From the NCBI GenBank assembly GCA_950097015.1, contig CATNEN010000038.1, positions 21,886,001-21,950,000 on the forward strand: 64,000 bases of DNA, written 5' to 3'. The notes beneath the pieces are model-generated. The model searched no databases, was not told the DNA's origin, and was given only the letters and a program-made list of their open reading frames with translations. A program made the translations under genes and the position numbers. This DNA is from Macrostomum hystrix (lineage: Eukaryota > Animalia > Platyhelminthes). This document shows, piece by piece, positions 1-14,903 of this stretch; the stretch's first letter is position 1; every line of letters starts with the position of its first letter.

Positions 1-2105
1 CAGCCGTGCTCAGACCTGCTGTTTGGGGCTTAGCAGTCGTTTGTGTCGGAGTTCCTCCAGCCGTGCTCAGACCTGTTGTTTGGGGCTTAGCAGTCGTTTG
101 TGTCGGAGTTCCTCCAGCCGTGCTCAGACCTGTTGTTTGGGGCGGAGCAGTCGTTTGTGTCGGAGTTCCTCCAGCCGTGCTCGAAGCCATCGCTTGGGGC
201 GGAGCAGTCGTTTGTGGCAGTGTTCCTCCAGCCGTGCTCAGACCTGTTGTTTGGGGCGGAGCAGTCGTTTGTGGCAGTGTTCCTCCAGCCGTGCTCGAAG
301 CCATCGTTTGGGGCGAGTCAGTCGTTTGTGGCAGTGTTCCTCCAGCCGTGCTCAGACCTGTTGTTTGGGGCGGAGCAGTCGTTTGTGGCGAAGTTCCTGC
401 CGCCGTGCTCAGACCTGTTGTTTGGAGCTTAGCAGTCGTTTGTGTCGGAGTTCCTCCAGCCGTGCTCAGACCTGTTGTTTGGGGCGGAGCAGTCGTTTGT
501 GTCGGAGTTCCTCCAGCCGTGCTCGAAGCCATCGCTTGGGGCGGAGCAGTCGTTTGTGGCAGTGTTCCTCCAGCCGTGCTCAGACCTGTTGTTTGGGGCG
601 GAGCAGTCGTTTGTGGCAGTGTTCCTCCAGCCGTGCTCAGACCTGTTGTTTGGGGCTTAGCAGTCGTTTGTGTCGGAGTTCCTCCAGCCGTGCTCAGACC
701 TGTTGTTTGGGGCTTAGCAGTCGTTTGTGTCGGAGTTCCTCCAGCCGTGCTCAGACCTGTTGTTTGGGGCGGAGCAGTCGTTTGTGTCTGAGTTCCTCCA
801 GCCGTGCTCGAAGCCATCGCTTGGGGCGGAGCAGTCGTTTGTGGCAGTGTTCCTCCAGCCGTGCTCAGACCTGTTGTTTGGGGCGGAGCAGTCGTTTGTG
901 GCAGTGTTCCTCCAGCCGTGCTCAGACCTGTTGTTTGGGGCTTAGCAGTCGTTTGTGTCGGAGTTCCTCCAGCCGTGCTCAGACCTGTTGTTTGGGGCTT
1001 AGCAGTCGTTTGTGTCGGAGTTCCTCCAGCCGTGCTCAGACCTGTTGTTTGGGGCGGAGCAGTCGTTTGTGTCGGAGTTCCTCCAGCCGTGCTCGAAGCC
1101 ATCGCTTGGGGCGGAGCAGTCGTTTGTGGCAGTGTTCCTCCAGCCGTGCTCAGACCTGTTGTTTGGGGCGGAGCAGTCGTTTGTGGCAGTGTTCCTCCAG
1201 CCGTGCTCAGACCTGTTGTTTGGGGCTTAGCAGTCGTTTGTGTCGGAGTTCCTGCCGCCGTGCTCAGACCTGTTGTTTGGGGCTTAGCAGTCGTTTGTGT
1301 CTGAGTTCCTCCAGCCGTGCTCAGACCTGTTGTTTGGGGCGGAGCAGTCGTTTGTGTCGGAGTTCCTCCAGCCGTGCTCGAAGCCATCGCTTGGGGCGGA
1401 GCAGTCGCTTGTGGCAGTGTTCCTCCAGCCGTGCTCAGACCTGTTGTTTGGGGCGGAGCAGTCGTTTGTGGCAGTGTTCCTCCAGCCGTGCTCAGACCTG
1501 TTGTTTGGGGCGGAGCAGTCGTTTGTGTCGGAGTTCCTCCAGCCGTGCTCAGACCTGTTGTTTGGGGCTTAGCAGTCGTTTGTGTCGGAGTTCCTCCAGC
1601 CGTGCTCAGACCTGTTGTTTGGGGCGGAGCAGTCGTTTGTGTCGGAGTTCCTCCAGCCGTGCTCGAAGCCATCGCTTGGGGCGGAGCAGTCGTTTGTGGC
1701 AGTGTTCCTCCAGCCGTGCTTAGACCTGTTGTTTGGGGCTTAGCAGTCGTTTGTGTCGGAGTTCCTCCAGCCGTGCTCAGACCTGTTGTTTGGGGTGGAG
1801 CAGTCGCTTGTGGCAGTGTTCCTCCAGCCGTGCTCAGACCTGTTGTTTGGGGCGGAGCAGTCGTTTGTGGCAGTGTTCCTCCAGCCGTGCTTAGACCAGT
1901 TGTTTGGGGCGGAGCAGTCGTTTGTGGCAGTGTTCCTCCAGCCGTGCTCAGACCTGTTGTTTGGGGCGGAGCAGTCGTTTGTGGCAGTGTTCCTCCAGCC
2001 GTGCTCAGACCTGTTGTTTGGGGCGGAGCAGTCGTTTGTGGCAGTGTTCCTCCAGCCGTGCTCAGACCTGTTGTTTGGGGCGGAGCAGTCGATTGGGTCG
2101 GAGTT
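1..2105. repeat. 57-bp coding minisatellite (about 37 units) with a 5-unit (285-bp) higher-order period
   Basis: Unit cagccgtgctcagacctgttgtttggggcggagcagtcgtttgtgtcggagttcctc. The variant ctcgaagccatcgct recurs at about 520, 805, 1090, 1375 and 1660. Confidence 0.97.
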
Positions 2106-2675
2106 CCGAAAAACGGAGGAACGGCTCCGTGACCGGTTGTTTGGTGACTAATTGATTGCGTGGAAGCTTCTGTCGTAGATGTGAGGACCAGAGGTGCTAA
2201 AAGTTTTAATGGATATTGGTGCAATTAAAGGCTTTTACCACCTGTCGGATTTACAATCCTTCAATTCATAGTCTTGCGTTCCTTATGTACTTTCAGTCCC
2301 TTCAGCACCTCAGTTACAGCTAACCTTATTGATTGTCTGTGGCCTCATTATTTGCGTCTACCACTTCTAAATCTATGTACAAGACCTGTCCGTTACAGGT
2401 TGCTCTTAGCTTTTCTCCCCTCAAGCGCACCCAAGTTTTTTTCCACCAGCTTACCTTTGCTTCCCCTGTCAATAAATAAACTCTTTCTACTAAACTACTA
2501 ATTAGTTGATTGTCAAAGCGACACCACCTAATAAAGTTTTCAATGAGAACTGTTGCGATTATTTTGCTATATGTACTTGTAGTTGATGAAAGTGTGCAGA
2601 AAATGAAAAAAGCTTACTTTTTGTTAGCACAACGATAGCCGCAGATGTTAACAGCCACGTTGTGAGGGTCTTCAT
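1..2675 (-). CDS. Secreted mucin-like Ser/Thr/Pro-rich repeat protein (3' end outside window); exons 2675-2618 and 2196-<1
   Basis: Exon 1 ATG at 2675 encodes the hydrophobic signal-like peptide MKTLTTWLLTSAAIVVLTK, then A|gtaagc. Acceptor ttttag|CA at 2196 is phase-compatible and gives TPLVLTSTTEASTQSISHQ..., followed by 19-aa repeats QTTAPPQTTGLSTAGGT(PT/LP). No stop seen in the repeat variants checked. Absent from the ORF track because it runs off the window. Confidence 0.8.
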
Positions 2676-2766
2676 CGTAGTTATTATTTCCTTGCTTAGC
2701 TTTTTAACTGGTAAGCGACTAAATTTTCCCTGTGTATATGTTCTTGTTCTGTTGTTTGAGTCCGGC

Positions 2767-2775
2767 TATATATAT
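2767..2775 (-). promoter_or_regulatory. Candidate TATA box of the mucin-like gene
   Basis: tatatatat about 90 nt upstream of the ATG at 2675. Confidence 0.35.
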
Positions 2776-5700
2776 CGCTTGACGATCGCCATGGAGACTG
2801 TCAAATCCATTGCAAAGGAGATAGAAATGAAATGAATAATTCGCTTTGGTCTTTGGCGTCAGTGCTGTCAGTGCAATTTTTAGCACATTGTGCCGTCTTA
2901 TTGTCTTGAATAGCTATTGGATGGCAACATTATGGCTATGCATCAGGCATCTTTACTAGCCCTGCTGGGTGAGAGCGTGTTCCAAGTAAGGTGGCCAACA
3001 CCTAGTTTTAAAAGCTGGAGTTTCGTTAGTTATTGAAAATAACTATAATTGAGGCTAATTATTGAAACATTGAATTGTCTTCTATTGAAGCCCACGCGAT
3101 GGCAATCCACGTTGGGGCGCGTCCGGCCGTTTCCCCGGCGTCTGGAGCCCTGCATCGTGAGCAGCAGCGCCTCCTGCACCGGTTGAGGGCGGTAGGCCTC
3201 CGCAAGGATGGGGTAAAATACAGTATCCGCCTACGGAGGGTATCGCTAGGTGCAGTGTGGTTGCAGCCCTGCCCGCTGGTAGAGGGCTGCTTTAGAGACT
3301 GCATGCATCCATCCTGGACACTGGATGGGCACAGGACGGCCGAAGTAGGTGCACTTGCAGCGAGGTAGAATTTATAAATTCCGCAGGTACACTTCCCTGG
3401 TGATGGAAAACCCTTTAGGGGATGCATTTCAGCAATGGGAGAGCGGGAATGTGGGTTTCGTTTCTGCGTTCTCCACTATCTAATATGAAAAAAATTGATT
3501 TACACTCATGGTAACATCTGTGCCCAAGCCCACGTGATAAAATAAGATACATTTTGAGCCCATTTTCTCCAGGACTTCGCTCGCAAAAGGAAATTTGTGT
3601 TTGAATGCCTGTGTTATTTAAACTTTAAAGTTAAAAGTAAAAAAACTAATGTAGTATTTTTTATTGCAACACCACAATCATCAGAGATCGTTTGCTGTTG
3701 GAGAATCAAAACTGTAATTGCATAGGAATTAGCAGATGAACTATATAAAAGGCAATTAAGGCAAGGTTTTGCAAACAAATGATATCATTTATTTTTTTCA
3801 GCTACTAAGTTGGGAGACTGCGAGATCCAAGTACCATTTGGACCAAGATAGGCAGATACTACCCTGCCAATTTGCCGCATACAAATCGGAGTTCGTTGGC
3901 ATGTAATCGCGTGAAAAATGTTATGAAAATAAAACTTTTCCTTTACGTACAGGCTCATTTGAAAAGCTGCTTTCTTGCCAACCTCCGGACTTCTGAGATA
4001 ATTATGAACATCCTTGCTTATATATGAGACCCCAACTCTCTCTCCTTTGAGAAATTTTCGCATCAAGATAGAAAAACTGAGCAGTTACGTAAACACAGGT
4101 AATGCTTCTCAATAATTAACGTACGCAATGAAAGAAGCAAAGCAAATAAGAAAGCTCCTATTTTACTTTGCACCAGAATGGAAACCAGTTTCTTCTCAAC
4201 AAAACTGGCCTGTCAAAGTAAGAAAAATAATTAAACAACAACACACTTTGAATGAGCGTAAAGTATGATTCATTGTACTTTAATGTACAATGCCCCCAAT
4301 GCCCCCCGGTTGTCAATAGAAGCAGGTATTTACACATAGACACAGTCGCTATGTAATTACAGTGAGATAGATACAGATAGAGGTCCTTATGGCATGACCT
4401 TATGTCGCTGGACAATGACTCACAATACATTTAGTGAGGCACTATTACATTATTGTACAAAAGTGGCCGAGTGGGGCCGGGGTAGGGTAAAATGTCCTTC
4501 TAGGAAACTTTCTGGCCCCATTTTGCATTTGCTGCCAGATTTTGACTTCATTTTTTCATACATGTGATTGGATTAATATTGTTACAGCTACGAGCTCGTA
4601 AACTCAGAAGTGGAATGATGATTATACACTAAATTTGCCAATTGATAAGACAATTAGACAGTTGATAAGACATTTGATTAGACTTTGAATTTATACAGCA
4701 AATTATAAAATGGGCTACACAGGTGGATTGGAAGCTAATGACACATTATATGAATTAAAATGACTAATTAGAGAGTGGATTCGGCAGTAGAGTAGACGGT
4801 GAAGTAGACAAATACTAAAAGTAAGCCTCATTGATGTACATACGTATCTGAATTCTAGACTTTTTCGCTATTTTTACAGTGAGCCAAAGCTCCGCTCGGT
4901 CGGTTTTGTCTCTGTACCAACCGCGTGCGTACATTGAGTGTACATTCTCTCCTCGCCTCACGTGACTAGCCTCTTTGTTAGTTTTCAAGTACAGTCACCA
5001 GGACTAATTCAATTATGACCCAGAGCCTAATAGGAGTAGGAGGCACTGACGTCAGTTGTAATGTTTAGAAATTGAAAGGTTTTTCTAGCTTTGCGGCTCT
5101 TGGTTGAACTGCAAAGCTAGATGGTAGTGTTTACTCACGACGGCTCGCTATATGAGCTTTCAAAATTCCATTAATTATGTCATGCTCCAGCCTCCCTGCT
5201 TTGTGACTTTGGTAAGTTTTGTTCTGCAAAAACATTCGACATCTACCTTTCATCCAAAAGCGAGCTACGCAGGACACACCTGACAGCGCTATCTTGAAAC
5301 TGTGCACGGAGTGCAGCTCTCGTGACTTGAGCTCTTTCGGGCCAATGACCATTTAAGTCATCAAAGGTAGAAGACCTGATGCCCTGGTGGCAGCACTGTT
5401 ACCACCGGATGCCGCAAAGTTTAGCGGAACAGCTGGTACAATACTTTCCGTAATAGATAAAGCACTCATTGAATAGATGTTTAAACAATATGCCATGGTG
5501 AAGTAGTTTGGTCTTGCGTTTAACTATTTATATATATATGTATTGATAATATAGCTGTTTTAAAGCATAGACAATCATGTAAGAAAAAACGTAACAGAAC
5601 ATATATTGAATAAGTCGCACAGAATGAACAGAAATATTAGGTGGCAGTGCGTAAATAATGCTAGATAAATTCATTGCGCAAAGTTAAATCAATAAATACT

Positions 5701-6082
5701 TTTTTAGAATATAGACTTGTAAACTAAGCTAAAATTATTTATAAAACGCAGACAAGACTATTGTTAGTAGAGTGTGCATATTACTAAGAATACAAAGCAC
5801 AGCAACATATTTATTCCAAACTTTTAAAAAATTCTGAAAAAACGAAAGTTATTTATAAAGAGAACAAAAAAGAACAATAATTGCCACACTAATTATAATA
5901 AATTACCTATCTGTAAGCAATTTTATAAATTAGAAAATCCTAAAGAGGAAAGAATGTTTTGGAATATACAGAATAAATAAATTAACAGTAATTATATTAT
6001 ATATAAATACACCTATAACATACACTGCTTATATTCGTCTAGGTAGGACTTTTGCTCTTAAAGTTCTCTTTGATAGGCCTAC

Positions 6083-6470
6083 CTAGACTAACACCCTCAT
6101 GTGATTGGCTTACTCAAATATTTGACCTGGACTAACACCCTCCTGTGATTGGCTGACTCTAATATTTGACCTGGACTAACACCCTCCTGTGATTGGCTGA
6201 CTCCAATATTTGACCTGGACTAACACCCTCATGTGATTGGCTGACTCAAATATTTGACCTGGACTAACACCCTCCTGTGATTGGCTGACTCCAATATTTG
6301 ACCTGGACTAACACCCTCCTGTGATTGGCTGACTCTAATATTTGACCTGGACTAACACCCTCCTGTGATTGGCTGACTCCAATATTTGACCTGGACTAAC
6401 ACCCTCCTGTGATTGGCTGACTCCAATATTTGACGTAGACGAACACCCTCCTGTGCTTGGCTGACTCCCC
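6083..6470. repeat. 44-bp minisatellite (about 9 copies) downstream of AMMECR1
   Basis: Unit acctggactaacaccctcctgtgattggctgactccaatatttg; contains ATTGG/CCAAT. Confidence 0.95.
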
Positions 6471-6672
6471 TCTCCTCAGGACTGACACTCGAGACCAGTG
6501 CGGAAGCAAGGAATTGTTTTATTAGAAAGTAGAATTTATACTTTATAGTGTGAAAAAAGCAAGCTTATTTAAAAAAACAAGCCGTAAAAAGAAATGGTCT
6601 TTAACAAGTAGAATTTCCTTTACGCAGCCGTAAAAGCAGCTCGTTCTCTGTTCCTATCCCAATGCCCATTGC

Positions 6673-9373
<2,701 letters not shown>

Positions 9374-9845
9374 ATATATAAATATACTATTTTACCTTTT
9401 AAATGAATAATATAGTATATGATACTTCGCAATGAGTGAGAATGATGCTCGACCGCAATAAATATACCTGTATATCGCTAGGAAAAATGCATACAATTAT
9501 TATATTTAATGTTAGCTCTTTGTATATTTTTTATATAAAACTATCATGAAGCAAGTGTGAAAGAGAGCTAAATCTGAAATAGCTTATCTAAGAAACGATA
9601 CAATAGCGCCAAAATAACCTGTCTGCCTAGTAAAAAACGTCCTTCAAAAAATTCAAAATTTCGCATATAAATCAGCTGTTTTTGTACAAAGCACGTAAAT
9701 TACGAGGATATGATAATACCTTAGCTTTTGTATTGCAAAATCTCATAGCACATAAAAATATTTATTGCTAAGATTACATTAAAACATGGAAAAGGTTTCT
9801 TTTCCTGTTCGTTCTGTTGGGACGATTAGATACAATATTCTATCG

Positions 9846-10005
9846 ACAGCCTCTGATTTGAAGCGGATCCAAAGCTGTTCTTTTGATTAGAATAAATTAG
9901 ATCAAATTGTCATGTAAAAGACTTTGTAACGTTCGGTAGAGCAACAAGTTAGGAAAGTTAAACCAAAAGAACAGCTTTGTATCTGATTCCAGTCAAAAGT
10001 TGTCA
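9846..10005. repeat. Imperfect inverted repeat (small MITE-like element)
   Basis: gacagcctctgatttgaagcggatccaaagctgttcttttg pairs with caaaagaacagctttgtatctgattccagtcaaaagttgtc. Confidence 0.6.
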
Positions 10006-10586
10006 CTGTTTATATTTGAAAAAAGTGAAAATTCCCTATCTTCGTAGTGTATTTTTTCGCGAAAACCAGCCTTAATTTTTTTCTTAGAAACGTAGTTTTG
10101 TCCTTTTACTCATAGTGGTCCTTGACTCGGAGAAGCGTTGGACTGCATATGAGCGACGCTGGGGCGAACGACACCGCCAACGGACCGGATTTTGTTCGGT
10201 CGCTGGCTCTGCAACGCGCCATTTGACGCTGCCCTCGACTGTTGCGTTTGCGACTTTCGGGTTGTGTGCCTTATTCTTGTTGTTTCAAGAGGGTGATAAT
10301 TATTCAAAAGAGAGTAATTTCCTCCAAAAAATGCGGATGAATGAGCTCAAACTGTTTTAACAAATCTTACAAGTTCCCTTGCGGATGTCCCAAAGTTGTC
10401 TTAAGAAGTTTAAATGTCTTTATTTTACGCATGATCAGGAAGGAAAGTAGCTTAGGAGTAAAAGTAAATATCTTAACATGATTGATTCTGCTTTTTACAC
10501 TCATATTTTACTACCGAAATGAAGCATTGTGTTGCAACAAAAATCGGCTGTAAATGCTGTCTCAAAGCTTTATTCTTAAGTAATAA

Positions 10587-11827
10587 TCATGCCCAGTCAT
10601 CAAAGCCACCTCGTCCTCTACCACGCGTCGCCTTATTCACTGATCGACTTCGTTTGTCCTTCAGCCGGCGCTCAGTGGCCAGCTCTCGACGACGTTTCAA
10701 CTTGGCCGCAGTTTCTGGCGAGAGTGGAGCCGCTGGACGCAGAGCAGCTTGAGCTTGGCGGACAAAGTCACGCAGTTTTTCCAGACAGTCGGCCTGGTTC
10801 AACACCTGACGGCGCGTGCGTTCCGAGGTGACGATTAGCCAGTCAGATTTGTTCATGCGACCAGCCTAAAATAAAAAAGCTCGTTATAAATGTACAAGTA
10901 ACTACATAGAACATATACATAACAGTAGGACTACCAAGCCATTTTGCCGCCCGTTTTTATACCAAGAGAAAAAGGAAATCACACCACACAGAATTTTTTG
11001 GCAGCGCTCGAATGCTAACAGTGATGACTGATTGGTTGACAGACTAGCTCGAGGGTGTCCGCTGGTTGAGCTGTGCCTAACAATATTTAGGCTTGATCCG
11101 TGAAATTGGAGAAATTCTCGTCAGGGTGTCCATAGTATCCTATTTCCACCTGTTGTAGACCTTGAAGGTCCAGCAAATCCGTCTAGAAAAAAGTAGGTGA
11201 CCACCGAAGACGGAGATGATGCAGGCACATTCAGGTGACATGCTGATCAATTTTGAAGGCCTGTCAGAGTGCTTATTTGTGCATAGGGTGGATACAATAC
11301 ACTAGCGCTTATTGAAAAAATGTGACATTCAGCCAGAACCATTGAATATCTCGACTGTCTTAAGAGCTGGCGACTTGATTATTGTTTCAGAAGATGCGCA
11401 ACAAAAAGTTGGCTGATGTTCTTGACTTTCAAGGCAGCAAAAATGGTGAGGGGGGAATTCACCCTTGGTATAGTTATACTGTCAATAAGTTTCTAATTAC
11501 TTAAAAACTCACCTGCATTAGTCTAATTTGAGCCTTAACCGGTTCAGAAATAAACGTCGCGCTGCCAATGTGCAACCGGACCTCAACTTTGCTCTGGGTC
11601 TTGTTCACGTGCTGGCCACCCGGTCCGCTGGAGTTCATGTGACTAATCCGCAGCTGGTCCATAGGAATCACACCGTCAAAGCTATCGTCACCGCCATCGC
11701 CGCTGGCCCGGCCGGCGCAATAGTTTCTATGGAAACAAAAACTGGCTACTGAGATAACAGAGAGCGAAGTCTTGGTCGTTATAGCGGTTCGCAAAGGAAG
11801 CGAGACCAATGATGAAACAGTGCCAGG
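10587..11827 (-). CDS. MRPL58: Mitochondrial peptidyl-tRNA hydrolase ICT1/mL62; exons 11827-11513 and 10865-10587; start Met probably supplied by the spliced leader
   Basis: SSGPGGQHVNKTQSKVEVRL (GGQ motif), LIVTSERTRRQVLNQADCLEKLR and basic tail ERRLKDKRSRS. Junction MQ|gtgag ... tttag|AGRMNK. The 5' boundary is inferred from acceptor ccccgcag at 11830-11828. Confidence 0.9.
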
Positions 11828-13045
11828 CTGCGGGGTCGTTGCAATGTTTTATTATGACTCTGTTATACATTGTGTTGTTTATTTGTAGATTCTAAGCCTA
11901 GTCCTAGAATGAGCAGGAGTTCCGCCACTAAACTCTAGATTATTTATCGGTGCCTGTAAAATAGTTCGTAAGTTTGGACTGTTAAATTTTGGGAACCCAA
12001 TAGTTAAATAATGCTCTCGTCTGCTATTTTTAAAAAAAATTAAGTTCATGAAAGTAATTAGTCACATTGTAGATTTTCTCGCATTTTCGAGACGACAACA
12101 CAACAGATACAACTGTGCAGCTACATTGCAACAATACCTGTCAAGGTTTTAATCGATTTTAAACCTTTTATAAAAAAACGATACAAAACATGCTACTTGA
12201 ATACAATTAAGTTGCTGAAATAGTGAGATTAAATAGAAAAAAATAGTTAGTAAAAAAATAATTAAAATCGATAGGACAGTAGAAAAAATAGAACTAACTA
12301 TAAGAAGACGATTAGTTTTAACTAAAATCTGACAGCACATGTTGCATACTTCAGATGGAACAGCCATACAAACAAAAACTATGCAGCTAAGCAAAGACAC
12401 GATATGTACACGAAAAGCTAAATGGAAATTAGTAAAAATATTTATATAATGTAATAATTTAAGGAATGCACAACTGTGACTGAAGTGCTTACAGAGTAGC
12501 TAAGAATATTGTGGGAAGTATTGCACAACTATGTAGGAATCAGCACGTCGATGGCTTCAGATATGCCTTTAGTCTTTAATATTTGCTACTTGCAGTAGTG
12601 TACGAGGATAAAGTACGACAAAAACTTCCTGCATAAACAAACAAGGTTGGTCCCTGTTGCTTTTTTGCCTTTTACATAAAAAACTAGATTTTGAAACTCT
12701 TAATTGATAGTGCCAGACCAAACAGGGGTATTAAATTAAGGTCATGTATATGTAGGAAAAGTAAAGAATAATTATTTAGAACATGACCACGATAAAATTT
12801 CAGACTGTATGACACTATCCAGCAGTGCTGATTTGGAACATGATAATCATATAAATGATAAAAAGATAATAGAGGAATACACATGCAGATAATAGGAAAG
12901 TTAAACACGAAAAGCACAATTGTACGGCCTTGGCTAATTTGCAATCACTTTAACTATCATGATCAAAATAGTTTAGATGTTTATTAGACCAAGGAAAAAG
13001 GACTGCCTACTAAAAGTAGTTTGCAAGCAAAAAAATCTAACTCAA

Positions 13046-14869
13046 TCAGATCATGGTATCTCGATAAGGCGCCAATCGAACTGGTGACATTGCGCCCAGA
13101 CTAAGCCGACCATTATTGTTGCTGCTGCTGCCTTTTCTGCCTGAGCTACCATTGTTATTATTATTGTTGAATCGTCTGAGCACAACAGACGGCTGCTTAT
13201 GCTGACTAGGCTGCTGCTGCTGCTGCTGCTGCTGCTCAGAAGACGTTAGCGTTACAGAGCTCAAGTCCACTAGTTGCTCCTCGTCGCCGGATGAATTTAC
13301 ACAGTGAACAATTAGATGATTGTCATTGGCAAGGACTGCAAATGGAGCCGCAGAGTTGGGCAGACCGGACAACCTGCCTGAGCTGCCGCTTACAACTGAC
13401 GATCCGAGAACAATGTCATCTAACTCGTCTGGCCGCATCGCCAGACTCTCTCTAACTAATCGATCCATTTCAGCTAGCGCAGCTGACTGCTGCTGCTGCT
13501 GCTGTGGCAGGTGGTGGGGCTGATGCTTCAGAGCGTCAGCTAGCAGGCGCTGCCAGTCGGGGGACCAGACTAATAGCGCGCCGTGCAGGCCGGAGGTGTC
13601 GTCAGTGACGCCTTGGGAGTTTATTAGTTGACAGTTTGCACAGAATTAGATTAGACATTACTGCGCAACGTTTCTAAAGGCCATTGTGTACAGCTATTAA
13701 GCCCATGTACCTACGGTTATCGCCACAAACCTACTACCTAACTTGATGGCACCGACTGTACAGGAAATACAATAGCAATATTGCGCAAAAACACAATTTT
13801 TCCCTCGAGTTGAGATTCGAACTCATGACCTCTCGATCAAAAGTCCCAAACTGTAAACACAGGCTACAGAGCAGGTGAGTGGCAGAGCGGTAAACGCGTT
13901 TGAACCTGGCACTATGTCCCTGAGCTCGATTCCACGGCGAGGCCACATTTACTTGGGGCGCAGCCGCGGAGAGAAGGCTTGTTGTGCAACTTAGGCCATT
14001 GAATGCCAACCTCCAAGGCACAGTGAGGTGGACACTGCCTGACTATGAGAGTCAGGGCAGATGTAAAAAAAACTGTGAGCGTGAGCCTGCGTACGGCTGT
14101 TGTGCGTGTGTTCTAATGAGCCAGCGAAATGGGCAGAATTGCCTCCTCGCTGACTGTGTGTCTAGTTTTACCAAATGATGTGCCATTGCCCACAGTTTGG
14201 CTAAAGTAAAAATCACGTGACAGCTCGTCTATTCACGAGCCAATAGCAACATACATACTTAATCCTGCAGCCAATAGAAAGAGATAGGCAGTGTACTAAG
14301 CCATGCTTCTAGCGGACAACACTTACCAGGCTTTCCAGCCTGACAGCCAGCAGATGCAATCAACCACTGAGAGACATTGCTATTAGACCAGAACATTAGC
14401 GGCACAGCTGGCAATGCGCGGCATCGCAATCGGTCTAACGAGTCCCAATCGCAGTGCAATCGGCGCAGCAGATCAATGCCTAGTAACAAGCTGCGCCTGT
14501 GCCGCCTCCGACTAATGCCCAGCGACTGTTGCTGATCCAGCTTCAGTAGATCCCGCTTATCCTTCAACGCCAACAATCGTTGCAAATCAATGCCGCTAGT
14601 TAGAAAGGCCGGGCCTAATTGGCGCAATCCGAGCGACGGCAGGAAACGATCGGCTAGCCAGGCCGGCGAGCCCACAGACCACGGCGGCAGTAGGATGACC
14701 TCCGGACCTGCTAGGCCGACACTGTCGGGCGTACAGGTGGCTGCGGCTACGTTCAAATTGCCAAGGCTACGCTGCATCAGTGGTGCTGTCCCGTTGGCTT
14801 CCAGAGCGCAGCGAACCAGTTCAGTCTGGGTGGAGACAGTGCAAGCTGGATAGTCTGATAACAATGGCG

Positions 14870-14903
<34 letters not shown>

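Noticed and set aside
6-2155. Plus-strand ORFs in the 57-bp repeat
   Set aside because: They are interrupted by stops and lack splice or start context; the minus frame is open and linked to a signal-peptide exon.
3059-5440. Short ORFs at 3059-3427, 3785-4066 and 5131-5352
   Set aside because: No recognisable domain or consistent exon chain; possibly decayed transposon fragments, but not supportable.
13878-13950. tRNA genes at A/B-box-like sequences (also 24915 and 35480)
   Set aside because: Degenerate stems, and most are attached to a shared multi-copy body, so they are SINE heads.
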